Shown here: positions 61,850 to 64,000 of the stretch, one piece after another
Position numbering within the stretch: the first letter of the stretch is position 1
Layout of the letters: every line of letters begins with the position of its first letter
Made by a program: the position numbers and the translations under genes
The notes under the pieces: generated by a model
Told to the model about the DNA's origin: nothing
Seen by the model: only the letters and a program-made list of their open reading frames with translations
Database searches by the model: none
From: Takakia lepidozioides
Lineage: Eukaryota > Plantae > Bryophyta
DNA: 64,000 nucleotides
Direction: 5' to 3'
Assembly (NCBI GenBank): GCA_030704615.1
Contig: CM060734.1
Location: 21,266,001 to 21,330,000 of the forward strand

Positions 61850-62330
61850 TGAGTCCGCCTATATTGGCGGTCGCATACAATTTATTATTTTTAATAAAAG
61901 CGACCGCCCATATTGACGGTCGTTTATAATTTAATATTTTGTTAAATTAAGCGACCGCCAGTATTGGCGGTCGCCCGTAATATATTTATTTTTAAATGAA
62001 GCGACCGCCCATATTGGCGGTCGTCCGTAATTTATTTATTTATAAATGAAGCGACCGCCCAAATTGGCAGTCGCCCGTAATTTATTTATTTATAAATGAA
62101 GCGACCTCCCATATTGGCGGTCGCCCGTAATTTATTTATTTTTAAATGAAGCGACCGCCCAAATTGGCGATCGCCTGTAATTTATTTATTTTTAAATGAA
62201 GCGACCGCCCATATTGGCGGTCGCTTGTATTTTATTACATTTTAAAATAAGCGACCGCCTACATTGGCCACCATGTGGCGGTCGCTCTCTTGTTTTTATA
62301 AATATAGCGACCGCCATGGCGTCGCGTTTT
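61850..62330. repeat. 50-bp-period array of GCGACCGCC-CATATT-GGCGGTCGC hairpins with near-constant AT-rich linkers
   Basis: Units at 61900, 61951, 62001, 62051, 62101, 62151, 62201 and 62251, plus degenerate flanking units. Confidence 0.95.
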
Positions 62331-63299
62331 TTTTTTCTTAGAAATCCAGGGACCCGCCGTGTGGCGTTTTGTTTTTATTTTTAATCATGAAGCGGCCTCG
62401 GCCAGCCACGGGGGTCAGGGAAAAACGAAACAAATGGGATGGGGGAGGTGGTTTTGAACCCTTGACCTTCCAATGTGGGTGCGCGTGGCGAGGGCGGCGC
62501 CACTAGTCTGTCGCGCCTTTTCAAGCATAATGCCATTTTTTTTGGGGGGGTGGTGGCGCCTATATAAAACCATCCCCCCCTTTTCTGATCACTTTTGCCT
62601 CTCTTGTGGTGCGGTTCCTTGGCATCCTAGTCCTTTCGGACTTCGTTGCTTGGCACTGCCAACGGGAGGTGCAAAGGTGATTATTTGGGGGGGGAGGTTT
62701 GCGGTTTCTATTGGTCAGTCCCACACACTTGTTCACGGTAAAATCATCGTATCACCATTTTGCCGTTTCCGGATCTCCGCAGCCTGTTTTTTTTGCAGAA
62801 AACTACGAAGACACCATCCACACGCGTTCATTGTCATTTTCTGAGGTTTTGGACCCTGTAGTGGGCAAAGGTTTATACAATGGGGGGTGTGAATTCAAGT
62901 TATGGGGCGGGATCGTCTGGGGGGGGGGAAGAGAAAACGTGCCCACGAGCGGGATAGCCAGGTCAAAAGCCAGACTACCCGGGACCGGATGCCTTGGATA
63001 GGTGAAAGAAGTGGTAGCGGATTATTTCAAGGGTAGGGACATGATGAGGCTGGAAGTGCTATGTTAGGCATGGATGGGAGGGGTTTCAGATTTTTCAGCA
63101 AAATATGGAGAGGAAAATGACAAAACGCTTTGGCGGGGGCTAAGTGGACGGCGGACAGGGACAAGCCGAAGTTCAATCGGTGGATCCAAAGCAGGGCGAA
63201 AGACGCCACGTGGAATTTGAGGCAGCTAATGAAGACATGGAAGGGTAGAACAACCGAGGGTCGAGTGCCCTCCGCCGAAGCTGAGTTAATGCGCGTGTG

Positions 63300-64000
63300 A
63301 GTATTGGGCTTGCTCGGCAAGTCAGAATTCACATCGCCGACTAGGGTTGTCCCTTGGAAGGCGGGGTCATCGGGCGGGGGATGCACAACTGGTCTTTATT
63401 ACCTAAACTCTAATGCGAAGGTGGTAGAGATTGGCCCTTACAAAGAAGGAGGGTATGCTAAGGTCCGTCACTGTAGGATTGTTGGGCGATTCTAGAATAC
63501 CGGAGCGTTGGGAGCTAGCGGGAAAAAAAACCCAAGTCCAAAAATCCAGAAAAGCGTTGAGACAACATAACGACGAGTGTTTGGCAGTGAAGTTCCAGCA
63601 CGTGGGTGTTATCTCGTATTTTGCTGTGAATGCACGTGAGGTAGAGGGTTACACTCGCTGGTGGAATGGGGGACAATACGCGATGATGAACCTTGACAGA
63701 AAATGGGGCAACGATTCGGACAACATGGTGATTTTGGAACAAAGGGGAACGGAAGCAGAGTTCCAGGAATGCGATCGCTTGCTTCGTTTCCGGAAAGTGC
63801 GCAGTAAACTTGCATGGGCACTGGTGTGCATCATGGATGTTGTCCACAAGAACGGTGTCCTGCACAACGACTTGTCCCCCGACAACATCTTGTTGCATTT
63901 TCCAGATGGCACCGAGGAGATCAAGATTGGGGTGTGTGATTGGGGCTTAGCCACCCCATTGGGCATACGCAAAGCCTCGCCGTACCAGTTTGAAAACCAA
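63300..64000 (+). pseudogene. Protein kinase domain, frameshifted, running off the window end
   Basis: Hand translation gives EGGYAKVR (Gly loop), RWWNGG, VHKNGVLHNDLSPDNILL (catalytic loop) and IKIGVCDWGLA (DFG equivalent). Confidence 0.85.

Larger units (their letters stand above)
61640..64000 (+). mobile_element. End of a TIR DNA transposon (TIR CCTAGTTATCA) with subterminal hairpin array and kinase cargo; continues beyond the window
   Basis: Abrupt junction with gypsy coding sequence, TGACGT/ACGTCA-rich terminus, 50-bp hairpin array. Confidence 0.75.

Noticed and set aside
61850-62330. CRISPR-like array of palindromic repeats
   Set aside because: The spacers are near-identical AT-rich linkers rather than unique sequences, there are no cas genes, and the context is a eukaryotic TE end.

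Overview
Eukaryotic DNA made almost entirely of nested transposable elements. The host is probably a non-seed land plant (inferred from an F-box/kelch remnant, tRNA-iMet primer sites, TTTAGGG repeats and a Penelope-like RT). No intact host gene is evident. Left to right: a decayed Mutator-like transposon with hairpin subterminal arrays; a second DNA-transposase remnant; a young full-length chromovirus (12655-19506); a Ty3/gypsy-type retrotransposon (22081-~35070, 3' half inverted); a ~910-bp tandem repeat; a deleted and partly inverted non-chromovirus gypsy; unknown ORFs; a second chromovirus copy (46292-52719); an F-box/kelch pseudogene; tRNA-like repeats; a Penelope-like RT; and the end of a TIR element carrying a protein-kinase remnant. 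The highlight is the element starting at 22081. Its polyprotein carries a DNMT3-like C5 cytosine methyltransferase between protease and RT, and a PHD finger after the integrase. Its ends are not ordinary LTRs but a split direct plus inverted repeat arrangement (A-B...PPT-Y-A-B'-Y) bounded by TGTC...GACA and a 4-bp ACTG duplication. All alignments were done by eye, and family names are motif-based, not search results.
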